Positions 48,729 to 57,938 of a DNA stretch of 64,000 nt are shown in pieces. The notes beneath the pieces are model-generated. The model made no database searches. It was given only the letters and a program-made list of their open reading frames with translations, and was not told the DNA's origin. Every line of letters begins with the position of its first letter. Position 1 is the first letter of the stretch. Source of the DNA: Eubacterium sp. (GTDB taxonomy: Bacteria > Bacillota > Clostridia > Christensenellales > CAG-314); the NCBI GenBank assembly GCA_963653425.1, contig CAVJWC010000005.1, forward strand, positions 937 through 64,936. The letters are read 5' to 3'. The position numbers and the translations under genes were made by a program.

Positions 48729-49871
48729 ATGATTCAGGTTAAAGAGATTGATCCGAGGGACAAAAAGCTGTTCAAGCAGTTTATAGAGTTCCCCAACAAA
48801 CTTTATAAGGGATGCAGTCACTACGTTCCGTATCTGTACGGCGACGAACTGGATCTCCTTGATCCCAAGAAAAACGCAAGTTTCGACGAGTGCGAAGCCA
48901 AATACTTTCTTGCGTATAAGGACGGCGAAATCGTGGGCAGAGTAGCCGGACTTATTCAGAAAATGAGTAACAAAGTCCACAACGAAAAACAGGTAAGATT
49001 CACGAGATTCGATTTTATCGACGACGAAGAAGTCGCGCGCAAGCTTCTCGAAGCGGTGGAAGACTTCGGCAGAAGCAAAGGTATGACGGAAGTCCACGGT
49101 CCTTTCGGTTTCAACGATATGGACAAGGAAGGTATGCTCAGCTACGGCTTTGACAGAGACGTAACCATGGCGACCCTCTATAACTACGACTACTACGTTC
49201 CCACGCTGGAAAAATTGGGCTATAAAGTAAAATGCGAATGGCTCGAATTCAGAATTCAGGTTCCCGATAAAGTTCCCGACAAGGTAGAAAGAGTGGCTCA
49301 GATTGCCGAAAAGCACAACAAGCTTCGCTTCCTTACAATGAAGAGCAAAAAAGACCTCAGAAAGAACTGGATGAAGAAGATTCTCGACTGTTACGACGAA
49401 ACCTATTCCGTTCTTCCAGGGACGGTACCGCTTTCGGATAAACTTCGTCAGCAGATAGCAGATCAGTTCCTTATCATAATGAACCTCGATTTCTTCCCCG
49501 TAATTATAAACGAACAGGACGAAGTCGTAGCTTTCGGTCTGTGTTTCCCGACGGTCGGAAAGTGCATAAAGAAGAGCGGAGGACATCTTTATCCGTCCAC
49601 GCTTATAAAACTTCTTCGGGAAGTCAAACATCCTACGGGTATAGAACTGGGAATTATCGGCGTCAGGGAAAATTACAGAAAATCGGGCGCTATCGCAATG
49701 ATTCTCAAATCGGTCAACGAGTCGCTTATAAGACTTGGTATAGATTCGGTCGAAACCAACTGCGAACTCGTGGATAACGCTAAAATACAGACGCTTTTCG
49801 CGGGATTCGACCGCGAACAGCATAAGCGCAGAGTTTCTCTCATAAAAGAGATAGCTCCCGCCAAAAACTGA
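48729..49871 (+). CDS. GNAT-family N-acetyltransferase-like protein
   Basis: 380 aa. The N-terminus FKQFIEFPNKLYKGCSHYVPYLYGDELDLLDPKKNASFDECEAKYFLAYKDGEIVGRVAG recalls a widespread ~380-aa GNAT-annotated family. GVRENYRKSGAIAM looks like an acetyl-CoA motif. Confidence 0.65.
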   Translation: MIQVKEIDPRDKKLFKQFIEFPNKLYKGCSHYVPYLYGDELDLLDPKKNASFDECEAKYFLAYKDGEIVGRVAGLIQKMSNKVHNEKQVRFTRFDFIDDEEVARKLLEAVEDFGRSKGMTEVHGPFGFNDMDKEGMLSYGFDRDVTMATLYNYDYYVPTLEKLGYKVKCEWLEFRIQVPDKVPDKVERVAQIAEKHNKLRFLTMKSKKDLRKNWMKKILDCYDETYSVLPGTVPLSDKLRQQIADQFLIIMNLDFFPVIINEQDEVVAFGLCFPTVGKCIKKSGGHLYPSTLIKLLREVKHPTGIELGIIGVRENYRKSGAIAMILKSVNESLIRLGIDSVETNCELVDNAKIQTLFAGFDREQHKRRVSLIKEIAPAKN

Positions 49872-49952
49872 TTTCGGCTTAAACGCAACGGGGCTGAAAG
49901 CAGACGAAACTAATAAATCCCGGACGAAAAGTCCGTTTTTTGGAGAAACCAT

Positions 49953-51236
49953 ATGATAGACATTACTTTACTCAGAAACAATCCCGATTACGTTATCGGA
50001 GCTTTGGAGAAAAAAGGCTATAAGGCGGATTTCACGCAGTTTTTTGCTCTCGATAAGGAAAGGAAAGAACTTTCTGCCGCTCTCGATAACCTTAAAGCGC
50101 AGAGAAACAAAGTCAGCGCGGAAATTCCCAAACTCAAAAAGGAAGGAAAGGACGTTCAGCCTATCTTTGCCGAAATGAGAGAACTGGGAGATAAAATAGC
50201 CGAAGGCGACAAAAAGCTCGGCGAAATAAACGAAGCTCTCGAAGCAGTGCTTTATCCGCTCCCCAACCTTCCCGACGACGACCTTGTCGGCGGAGGCAAA
50301 GAAAACAATCAGGTAATAAAGGTGTTCGGCAACAAACCCGAATTCGACTTTCAGCCAAGGAATCACGTTGACATCTGTACGGATTTAGGTCTTATCGACT
50401 ACGAAAGAGGCGTAAAACTCGCAGGCGGAGGATATTGGCTTTACAGGAACTACGGCGCAAGACTCGAATGGGCGCTCCTTAACTTCTTCGTGTCCGAACA
50501 TCTTGCCGACGGTTACGAATTCATTCTTCCTCCTCACCAGCTCAATTACGGTTGCGGTTTCGGTTCGGGACAGTTCCCCAAGTTTCTGGACGAAGTTTAC
50601 TGGCTCGAAGGCGACGAGGACAAGAAAAAGAACAAATTTATGCTTCCCACGGCTGAAACAGCTCTCGTAAACATCTACGGCGGAGAAATTATGAAAGAAA
50701 GCGATCTTCCCAAGAAGTTATTCGCTTATACTCCCTGTTACAGAAAGGAAGCGGGAAGTTACAGAGCCGAAGAAAGAGGTATGATAAGAGGACATCAGTT
50801 CAATAAGGTAGAAATGGTTCAGTACACCACGCCCGAACAGTCCGACTCGGCTTTTGAAGAACTGGTAACGAAAGCCGCTCGTCTCGTGGAAAAACTCGGT
50901 CTGCATTTCAGAATAAGCAAACTTGCCGCGGGCGACTGCTCGGCTTCCATGGCAAGAACCTACGACATCGAAGTCTGGATCAACTCTATGGGAATTTATA
51001 AGGAAGTTTCCTCGGTTTCCAACGCAAGAGACTATCAGGCAAGAAGAAACAACACCAAATACCGCGATTCCGCTACGGGCAAGACCAGATTCGTTCACAC
51101 CCTCAACGGTAGCGGACTTGCGACCAGCCGTATAATTCCCGCCATCGTCGAACAGTATCAGCAGGCGGACGGTTCGGTTAAAGTACCCGACGTTCTCGTA
51201 CCCTTCATGGGCGGAGTTACGGTTATCGGAAAGTAA
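49953..51236 (+). CDS. serS: serine--tRNA ligase
   Basis: N-terminal coiled-coil arm. Class II motifs YTPCYRKEAGS, RGHQFNKVE and GSGLATSR. Confidence 0.97.
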   Translation: MIDITLLRNNPDYVIGALEKKGYKADFTQFFALDKERKELSAALDNLKAQRNKVSAEIPKLKKEGKDVQPIFAEMRELGDKIAEGDKKLGEINEALEAVLYPLPNLPDDDLVGGGKENNQVIKVFGNKPEFDFQPRNHVDICTDLGLIDYERGVKLAGGGYWLYRNYGARLEWALLNFFVSEHLADGYEFILPPHQLNYGCGFGSGQFPKFLDEVYWLEGDEDKKKNKFMLPTAETALVNIYGGEIMKESDLPKKLFAYTPCYRKEAGSYRAEERGMIRGHQFNKVEMVQYTTPEQSDSAFEELVTKAARLVEKLGLHFRISKLAAGDCSASMARTYDIEVWINSMGIYKEVSSVSNARDYQARRNNTKYRDSATGKTRFVHTLNGSGLATSRIIPAIVEQYQQADGSVKVPDVLVPFMGGVTVIGK

Positions 51237-51250
51237 ACCCAAGGAGAAAA

Positions 51251-52645
51251 ATGGAACTTAAAATATACAATACTCTGACCAGAACCAAGGAAGTTTTCCG
51301 TCCGGTCAAAGAAGGTCAGGCGGGTATCTATTCCTGCGGACCTACGGTTTATAAATACGCTCATATCGGCAACCTCAGGACTTACGTTTTTATGGATTTA
51401 CTCGTCCGTATTTTAAGATACGGCGGATATAAAGTAAAAAGCGTTATGAACATAACAGACGTCGGACATCTTTTAAGCGACGGCGACGAAGGCGAAGACA
51501 AGATGGAACGTTCGGCGCGCGAACAGAAAAAGACTCCGCGCGAAATTGCCGACGAAATAACCGCAGTATTTTTTGACGACCTCAAAAAGCTTAACATAGT
51601 AAGACCTACCGTTACCCCCAAAGCCACCGACAATATCCCCGAGATGATAGAGATAGTAAAAGTTCTTCTCGAAAAGGGATACGGTTACGAAATAGACGAC
51701 GGTATCTACTACGACGTAAGCAAGTTCAAGAACTACGGACAGCTCTCGGGCATAAGTCTCGAAGACCAGAAAGCAGGCGCACGCGTCGAAGTCAACAGCC
51801 AGAAGCGCAATCCCGCCGACTTCGCTCTCTGGAAGAAAGCCGAACCCAACCACATCATGCAGTGGGAAAGCCCGTGGGGTATGGGTTACCCCGGCTGGCA
51901 CATCGAATGTACCGCCATGTCCCTCAAATACCTCGGCACGCCCTTCGATATTCACACGGGCGGAGTCGACCATATTCCCATTCACCACGAGAACGAAATC
52001 GCTCAGGGCGAAGCTTACACCGGTCACAAGAACACTAATTACTGGATGCACAGCGAATTTATGCTCTTCGACGGCGGTAAAATGAGTAAAAGTCTGGGTA
52101 ACTGCTACACCGTTTCCGAACTTCAGGAAAAAGGTTACAGCCCCATGGTCTTCCGTTACTTCTGCCTCAACGCTCAGTACCGTCAGAAACTCAACTTCAC
52201 CTTCGCAGGCATGGATTCCGCTAAAAAATCGTTCGAAAGACTTCAGGAAACCCTCGCTAAACACCGCGATTCTTCCGCCTCTACGGACAAAGACAAACTC
52301 GAAACCTATAAGCGCGAATTTATCGAAGCCATAAGCGACGACCTTAACGTTCCCATGGCTCTCGGCGTGCTTTGGAAACTCGTTAAAGAACCCAAGTCCC
52401 ACGACGTTTACGAACTCGCTCTCGAAATGGACAAAGTCTTCGGTTTAAGCCTCGATTCCCTTCCAGAAATCAAACCCGCAACCGACGACAAACCTTCCGA
52501 CGAAGCCGTTGCCGTAGCCACCGAAAGACTCTCCGCAAGAAAAGCCAAAAACTGGGCGGAAAGCGACCGCCTCCGCGAAGTCCTTAAAGAAATGGGCTAC
52601 GCCGTCAAAGATAAACCCGACGGCTTCGAACTTACGAAAATCTAA
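51251..52645 (+). CDS. cysS: cysteine--tRNA ligase
   Basis: HIGNLR (HIGH) and KMSKS signatures. Zn-ligand context CGPTVY. Confidence 0.97.
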   Translation: MELKIYNTLTRTKEVFRPVKEGQAGIYSCGPTVYKYAHIGNLRTYVFMDLLVRILRYGGYKVKSVMNITDVGHLLSDGDEGEDKMERSAREQKKTPREIADEITAVFFDDLKKLNIVRPTVTPKATDNIPEMIEIVKVLLEKGYGYEIDDGIYYDVSKFKNYGQLSGISLEDQKAGARVEVNSQKRNPADFALWKKAEPNHIMQWESPWGMGYPGWHIECTAMSLKYLGTPFDIHTGGVDHIPIHHENEIAQGEAYTGHKNTNYWMHSEFMLFDGGKMSKSLGNCYTVSELQEKGYSPMVFRYFCLNAQYRQKLNFTFAGMDSAKKSFERLQETLAKHRDSSASTDKDKLETYKREFIEAISDDLNVPMALGVLWKLVKEPKSHDVYELALEMDKVFGLSLDSLPEIKPATDDKPSDEAVAVATERLSARKAKNWAESDRLREVLKEMGYAVKDKPDGFELTKI

Positions 52646-52649
52646 GTTT

Positions 52650-53185
52650 TCTTTTTCCTGCTTTCTTTTACAAAGAAAGCAGCAAAGAAACTTTGCTGTT
52701 TCCTTACCTTCTTTCTTTGGAAAAGAAAGTAGGCAAAGAAACTTTCATCGAGCTTTGCATAGCCGTTAGTGTAGTGCGAGTTTATCTTCTTTCTTCTGCG
52801 AAGAACCTACTTTCTTTGGAAAAGAAAGTAGGCAAAGAAACTTTCACCGTGGGTGTAAAGAAAAGCTAAACGCAGTCCGTATATAAAAAGAAAGTCTGTA
52901 ATCATAGAATTACCTATGGTTACAGACTTTTTCTTTTATATCGAGGTTCTTTTAGTTACTGACTTGCTCCCAATATTGAGGTTTTTTGCGCAGCTTTTTC
53001 CCAAAAAAGCTGCAAGTTCTTTGGTTCTTTCTTTCAAGAAAGAACGTAAAATATTCGGCTACCGAATTGTATAATCTTGCGAAGCTACAATGGGTCCGGC
53101 GTCACGCCGGTCTTTGGTTCTTTCTTCGTGAGAAGAAAGAAGGAAAAAAAGAAGGCTTGCTTCTTTCTCGCAAGAAAGAAGGAAA
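52650..53185. repeat. H-family palindromic mosaic repeat, locus 6 (most complete)
   Basis: Contains nearly all H modules: gctttcttttacaaagaaagc, ctactttctttggaaaagaaagtag x2, gcaaagaaactttcaccgtgggtgtaaag, gcagctttttcccaaaaaagctgc, gttctttctttcaagaaagaac, ccggcgtcacgccgg, ttctttcttcgtgagaagaaagaa. Confidence 0.7.
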
Positions 53186-53210
53186 GGCATCGCTATGCGA
53201 TAGCGATGCC
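53186..53210 (-). terminator. perfect palindrome overlapping the stop of the last module gene
   Basis: ggcatcgctat-gcg-atagcgatgcc (11-bp stem). On the minus strand it is followed by the T-rich tttccttctttctt. It encodes the C-terminal GIAIA. Confidence 0.5.
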
Positions 53211-54401
53211 TGTTAAGAAGAATTCACCGCCCGAGATTACGGCGCAGTTACCGTCGGAGAATCTGAGGACGCAGTCGGCGTCCATAGATTTTACGGTGCC
53301 GACGATTTTGGGCGCGGGGGACAGGGCGAGTTCCGAGCGCATAATCATACCGCTTGACCCTTTGTGGTAGAGGTAGAATTTTCCGTTATCGTAAAAACTC
53401 AGAGGTTTTTTGACGGGGAGGGAAGCAAGCGAGCCGATTTGAAGGGCGTAACTGCCGTTTGAAGAGGTTAAAGAGAGGGTAAAAGCGTAAGTTCCGCCGA
53501 GAGCTTCCGTAAGGCAAAGTGCTTGATTTCCGAAGGTGTGAGCGTGAACGATATCAGCCGAGCTTCCCGGAGGAAGAACGACCTCAGACCGTTCGCCGAG
53601 GGAGAATGTTCCGCCGCTAAGGGAGAGCGCGCGGGCATAGAGCTTGCCGCCGGCAACGTAGAGAACGAAGGAGGTTTTCTGCGTTTCGAAGGTAACTACA
53701 GCGTGGCTCGAAGCGGAAAAGTCCGACGTAAAAGTCACCGTTTGGGAAGTCGTGGCGGTTTCTGTGGGCGGAATGTCGAGTGAGAGAAGCCCGTTTTTCG
53801 AAAAGCCCGTAACGGGCAGGAACTTGGCTTTTTCTTGGTCGTAAATCTTGAAAAGTCGCGGATTCACGGCGTTTTTGTAGGTTTTAAGGACGGTTTCTTC
53901 TTCGTTTAGGAAGGATAACAATCCGTCCGAGTGAACGAGAAAGTAGTCGCATTCTTCGGCTGAAGTAAGCCCTATGTAGTGAGAGTCGGAGTTTTTGACC
54001 GCGCCGTAACCCGAAACTTCGAGCGTCATAACGGGAGAAAGAAAGCTCACAGAAAGCGGAGAAGAAATCTTTACGGAAACTTTACCGCCTCCCTTTACAG
54101 TGAACTTTCGTTGCAATTCTGTCGTTTGGTTTTGGCTGAGAGTCAGCTTTTCGGAAAGGAGCACCACGTTTCCCGAATATACGGTTAAAAAAGCCGTCGT
54201 TTCCGAAGAAGAGAGAAGCGAAAGGTTTAACGTCAGGTCGGTAGTGCCGTAAGAAACGAAGTTGAAGTCTGCCGTTTCGCCTTTTTTAAGGTTTTTTCTT
54301 ATAAAAAGCAGTTTGTTGCGTTTAAGAAGTTTCGTTTCGCCCGTTATACCGTTTTCGATAGCGCTTAAACGAGCCGAGAGTTCCGAAAGAAGCGTTTTCA
54401 T
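53193..54401 (-). CDS. unknown protein of the phage-derived module (possible fibre/spike-like)
   Basis: 402 aa. ATGA overlap with the upstream ORF. GGAGGA RBS. Short N-terminal helix (LLSELSARLSAIENGI) followed by beta-rich Ser/Thr-rich sequence. No family recognised. Confidence 0.65.
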   Translation of the reverse strand: MKTLLSELSARLSAIENGITGETKLLKRNKLLFIRKNLKKGETADFNFVSYGTTDLTLNLSLLSSSETTAFLTVYSGNVVLLSEKLTLSQNQTTELQRKFTVKGGGKVSVKISSPLSVSFLSPVMTLEVSGYGAVKNSDSHYIGLTSAEECDYFLVHSDGLLSFLNEEETVLKTYKNAVNPRLFKIYDQEKAKFLPVTGFSKNGLLSLDIPPTETATTSQTVTFTSDFSASSHAVVTFETQKTSFVLYVAGGKLYARALSLSGGTFSLGERSEVVLPPGSSADIVHAHTFGNQALCLTEALGGTYAFTLSLTSSNGSYALQIGSLASLPVKKPLSFYDNGKFYLYHKGSSGMIMRSELALSPAPKIVGTVKSMDADCVLRFSDGNCAVISGGEFFLTGIAIA

Positions 54402-55675
54402 AATGCGTCCTCCGTAAGAGGCGTAACGTTGCCCGCGATGCTTGTAAGAGAGGAAGTCGGATTGTATTTTGCTTTTACCGAAAGGGTAAAACTACTGCCC
54501 GCGACGTTTGCGGGGAGAACGACGGGTCTTTTTCCGTCGGAGTTGACGGTCTGCGTAAATCCGCCCCCTTCGCTTCCCGAAAGCGTAACCGTAAATTCGC
54601 CCTTTACAACCAAACTCAGATAGTTGAGTCTTTTTCGGGTGTGAGGCGCGTTGAAGTCGGTAACGACGGCGTATTCCGCTTCGTATTCGCTTCCCGCGGC
54701 GTTAAGTTCTACCTGCCCGTACTGCCCGTCCTGCGTGAGAACGATTATTCTGTCGGCGCTGTCGCTATAAATCAGGTCTTTTACGGAAAGAGAGCCAAGT
54801 TCGGACAGATAGTCGTTTTCGGTTGAGTAAAGATAAACCTTTCCGTCGCAGATAACTATATCTTCACCGCGGGAAGCCGTCTTTGCGTTTTCGGAAAATT
54901 CGAAGGAAAAGACTTTGGTCAGGGAGTCTCCGCTTACTTTATACAGTCCGTTTTCCGCCGTAAAATAAAGGCTTTCCTTTACCCTGCAAATCGACGAAAC
55001 CGATATTCCTCTCAGTCGGCAGAGCGGAGTAAGCGTTTCTCCGACTTTGAAAACCGCCGAACTACCGAAAGCGTAAAGCCCGTATCCTGCGGTTTCGAGT
55101 TTAGCGAGAACGCCCGTTTCGCCCGTTTCCGTAAGCGTTTTTTCCGTCGTGTTCCATTCGCAAACGTCCGTGGTTTCCGTCGTAAGAACGCCCGAACTCT
55201 CGGGTTTAAGTCCGAAAGTCTTGTTTTTAGCCTGAATAACGTCCGTAAGGCAGACCGACGGAAGAGCTATATACGGCTCGCTCGGCGAAAACCAGATAAC
55301 CGAAGAGTCCCCCGTTTTTTCCGTAAACAGCAAAACCGCGGGTTTTCCGTTATAGCTTATCTCGCGCGCCTTCGGGACTTCCGAAAAACTTACGCCCGTT
55401 CCTATGAATCCCATAGAACTCACCGAGCTGTAAGTAAGAGAAAAACTCTGCGTTATCCCCAAAAGGTATTTGCCGAAAGCAAAAAGCTTTTTAAGGTTCA
55501 GCGAGTCCGTATAATCCGAAGTCGAGCCCTGAAACTTCAGAGCCGTGACCTTTGCCGACGGACGGACTTTTCCGCGCCTGCGCATTCCCCTGCAGACGGT
55601 AACTTCCGTGCCTTTTTCGGGTTTGGAACCAAGTCCCGCCGAAAAATCCGTGATAACTTTTAGTCCGCCGTTCAT
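54398..55675 (-). CDS. unknown protein of the phage-derived module
   Basis: 425 aa. ATGA overlap at both ends. GGAGGA RBS. Beta-rich with recurring LY..xxxGxxY motifs. No family recognised. Confidence 0.65.
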   Translation of the reverse strand: MNGGLKVITDFSAGLGSKPEKGTEVTVCRGMRRRGKVRPSAKVTALKFQGSTSDYTDSLNLKKLFAFGKYLLGITQSFSLTYSSVSSMGFIGTGVSFSEVPKAREISYNGKPAVLLFTEKTGDSSVIWFSPSEPYIALPSVCLTDVIQAKNKTFGLKPESSGVLTTETTDVCEWNTTEKTLTETGETGVLAKLETAGYGLYAFGSSAVFKVGETLTPLCRLRGISVSSICRVKESLYFTAENGLYKVSGDSLTKVFSFEFSENAKTASRGEDIVICDGKVYLYSTENDYLSELGSLSVKDLIYSDSADRIIVLTQDGQYGQVELNAAGSEYEAEYAVVTDFNAPHTRKRLNYLSLVVKGEFTVTLSGSEGGGFTQTVNSDGKRPVVLPANVAGSSFTLSVKAKYNPTSSLTSIAGNVTPLTEDAL

Positions 55676-56220
55676 TTCCGTCCTCCGTAACTTATCGGCA
55701 TAGGTCTCAGTCTTCTTCCCGAAAAAGACGCGCCTAAGGCTTCGAGATATTTCTTGTCAAAGAACTGCGCCTTGTCCGAAAGACCCGCTCTTACCGAGTA
55801 TTCCGAAGCCGTTTTCATAGCGAGAGCGTTAACCGTTACGCTCGGCGGAAGAACTACCTCCCCGTCAAAAGCCACCGACTTCGGTATATAAGAGTAAGTG
55901 AAAACCACTTCCCCGGGAGAAGTCCTGATTTTGTCGGGGTAAACGTCGAAAATTTCGCGTCCCCTTACCGAATAGACCGAAACGGGTTCAAAAATGGCTT
56001 CGTCAAGCGTTTTGTACGCAATATCGCCGTCCTTCGTTTCCATCGTCTGCGTTTTGTAAAGCCTTATCCGCCTCGTGGAAGCGTCGGTTATAGCCGAGTT
56101 CGCGCAGTCCGTAAGCGACAAAAGCAAATCGTCCGTTACGGTCTCCGCGGAAAACCTGTCCTCGTCTACAGGTAAATTAAGCAGCTTCATAGCCTGCCTG
56201 ACTATATCTTTTAATTTCAT
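55672..56220 (-). CDS. unknown protein following the capsid gene (position fits a head-completion/adaptor protein)
   Basis: Start moved from 56379 to ATG 56220 (MKLKDIV), 6 nt after AAGGAG. The longer ORF N-terminus is a translation of H-repeat DNA. Confidence 0.6.
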   Translation of the reverse strand: MKLKDIVRQAMKLLNLPVDEDRFSAETVTDDLLLSLTDCANSAITDASTRRIRLYKTQTMETKDGDIAYKTLDEAIFEPVSVYSVRGREIFDVYPDKIRTSPGEVVFTYSYIPKSVAFDGEVVLPPSVTVNALAMKTASEYSVRAGLSDKAQFFDKKYLEALGASFSGRRLRPMPISYGGRK

Positions 56221-56224
56221 ATTA

Positions 56225-56505
56225 TCTCCTTGTTTCCTTGTCCTTCTTTCTTCTGCGAAGAAAGAAGCAAAGACGCACCTTCTTTCTTTCGAAAAGAAAG
56301 AAGGCAAAGAAACTTTCATTGCGGGTGCAATATAGAGCTGAGCGCTTTTCGTATCCGTAAGAAAGTCTGTAATCGGCAAAAGTACCGATTCTTAATAAAA
56401 CTTTTGGGGAAAGATAACTTTCCCCTATATTGAAGTTCTTTATGTAGCTTTCCTCGGAAAGCTACGAGTTCTTTGGTTCTTTCTTTCAAGAAAGAACGAA
56501 AAGAA
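56225..56505. repeat. H-family palindromic mosaic repeat, locus 7 (inside the phage-derived module)
   Basis: cttctttcttctgcgaagaaagaag, cttctttctttcgaaaagaaagaag, gcaaagaaactttca, core gtaccgattcttaataaaa, tattgaagttctttatg, gttctttctttcaagaaagaac. Confidence 0.7.
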
Positions 56506-56507
56506 GT

Positions 56508-57671
56508 TTAATCTTCGGTAATACCCGTGAGCATAGCCTGACCTCTGGGACGGTTACATATGAGTTCGCAATATTTTACGAGGGTAGCGGTATAGACGGG
56601 CTGACCTGCTTTTTGTTTAAGGATTTTGCCGTCTTCGCCTTCGAGCCATCTCCAATCGCAGAGCTGGTGGAGGGTAAAGTCGTCGGTATTGAGGATAAAC
56701 ATAGTGCCTGCGGGGCAGAATCTGTCGGCTACGACGGGTATTCCGTCGAACATAATTGCTCTGAATCCGTCCACGGTTTTGATTTCGTAGGGAATGGCGT
56801 TGTCGGTGAGGTAGTTTTCGAGGCTTCGTTTTACGCCGAGGGAGCAAACGATGAAGTTGGACTTACTGCCCGAGTCGCGTTCCACGGTATCGATAGCCTT
56901 TCTCATAGAGGAGAGGGAGATGGTGCCGTTGACGTTTTCGGTGTAAGGTTTAACCCAGCTGTTGGAAGCTCTGGTTATGCCGTAAAGGGAAGCTGAGTTC
57001 CCGAAAATGGCTTTAAGACCCGTAATTTCCATATCTTTGCTGTTCTGAACGTAGACTTTGTCGGTGTTTTTGAGCGTTCCGAGTTCTGCGCCCGAGAGGT
57101 TGATAACCACGTTTCCGGAAGAATCTTTGCCGATGCTTTCGATAGAGCGCCCGGTAGCCACGGCGGAGTTTCCGTCGTAAATATCCACGAGCATTCCTTC
57201 GAAGAAGTACATTCCGGAATTTACGGATACGGCGTTTTTGGTGTTGGTAATGACGGTTGCAAGCGCGCCCGTGCCGTCGCCGTAAAGCATTCTCGCGAAG
57301 TTCATGGAGCTTGCGGATATAAGGCTTTCCATTTCGGAAGAAAGAAGGTTAACGAACGCGCCTTCGGAGTTTTCGGAAGCTCTTATGGCTTTGTCGGTGA
57401 TTTCTATCGTTCCGTAAAGGTTTTTAAGGGTAGCTTCGAAACAGGCGTATTTGTTTCCCACGGCGGAAGGCAGATTGCCCGTTTCGGAACCCGCGCCTAC
57501 GCCTCCGTTGACTCCGTAAGGCACGAGCTTTTTGATGGTGTTGCCGTAAACGTTGTTGGTGGACTGTCTGATTTTTGCGAGCAGAGGATTTACGGAAGTG
57601 TTGAGCTGGTTGGTAACAGCGGTAAGATAAATGTTTTTAAGGGCTTTGTCTGCAGTGGTAAGACTGATCAT
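56508..57671 (-). CDS. phage major capsid protein (HK97-fold, P22-coat-like family by recollection)
   Basis: 387 aa. AAGGAG RBS. The N-terminus ALKNIYLTAVTNQLNTSVNPLLAKIRQ... and the size and position after portal and scaffold fit a major capsid protein. Confidence 0.78.
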   Translation of the reverse strand: MISLTTADKALKNIYLTAVTNQLNTSVNPLLAKIRQSTNNVYGNTIKKLVPYGVNGGVGAGSETGNLPSAVGNKYACFEATLKNLYGTIEITDKAIRASENSEGAFVNLLSSEMESLISASSMNFARMLYGDGTGALATVITNTKNAVSVNSGMYFFEGMLVDIYDGNSAVATGRSIESIGKDSSGNVVINLSGAELGTLKNTDKVYVQNSKDMEITGLKAIFGNSASLYGITRASNSWVKPYTENVNGTISLSSMRKAIDTVERDSGSKSNFIVCSLGVKRSLENYLTDNAIPYEIKTVDGFRAIMFDGIPVVADRFCPAGTMFILNTDDFTLHQLCDWRWLEGEDGKILKQKAGQPVYTATLVKYCELICNRPRGQAMLTGITED

Positions 57672-57739
57672 AATATCTCCTTATAAATAAAGTAGTTTAA
57701 TTTGGCGTGTTTTGAGTGAATTTGTTGTTTGCTTAAAGC

Positions 57740-57935
57740 GATAACGAACGAACCGTCCGTCTTTCCGAACGAACCGTCTGTTAAGTTTGCAGTAAATTCG
57801 GTTTTTTGTTTAGCGGAACGAAAGAAAGTCCGTCCTTCGTAACGCAAGGTTTTGTCTTTCGCAACACAAGGTTTTGTTTTTCGTAACGAACCGTCCGTCT
57901 TTCGTAGCGCAATGTTTTGCTATTCGGAAAGAAAA
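57740..57935. repeat. degenerate tandem/direct repeats in the scaffold-capsid spacer
   Basis: gaacgaaccgtccgtctttc at about 57745 and 57884. cgcaaggttttgtctttcg / cacaaggttttgtttttcg adjacent pair. Confidence 0.45.
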
Positions 57936-57938
57936 GCT

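Noticed and set aside
55672-56379. Long form of the post-capsid ORF (235 aa) and the TTG-initiated long form of TerL (to 61893)
   Set aside because: The N-terminal extensions are encoded by H-family or tandem-repeat DNA. Good RBS-ATG combinations exist at 56220, and an ATG exists at 61800.
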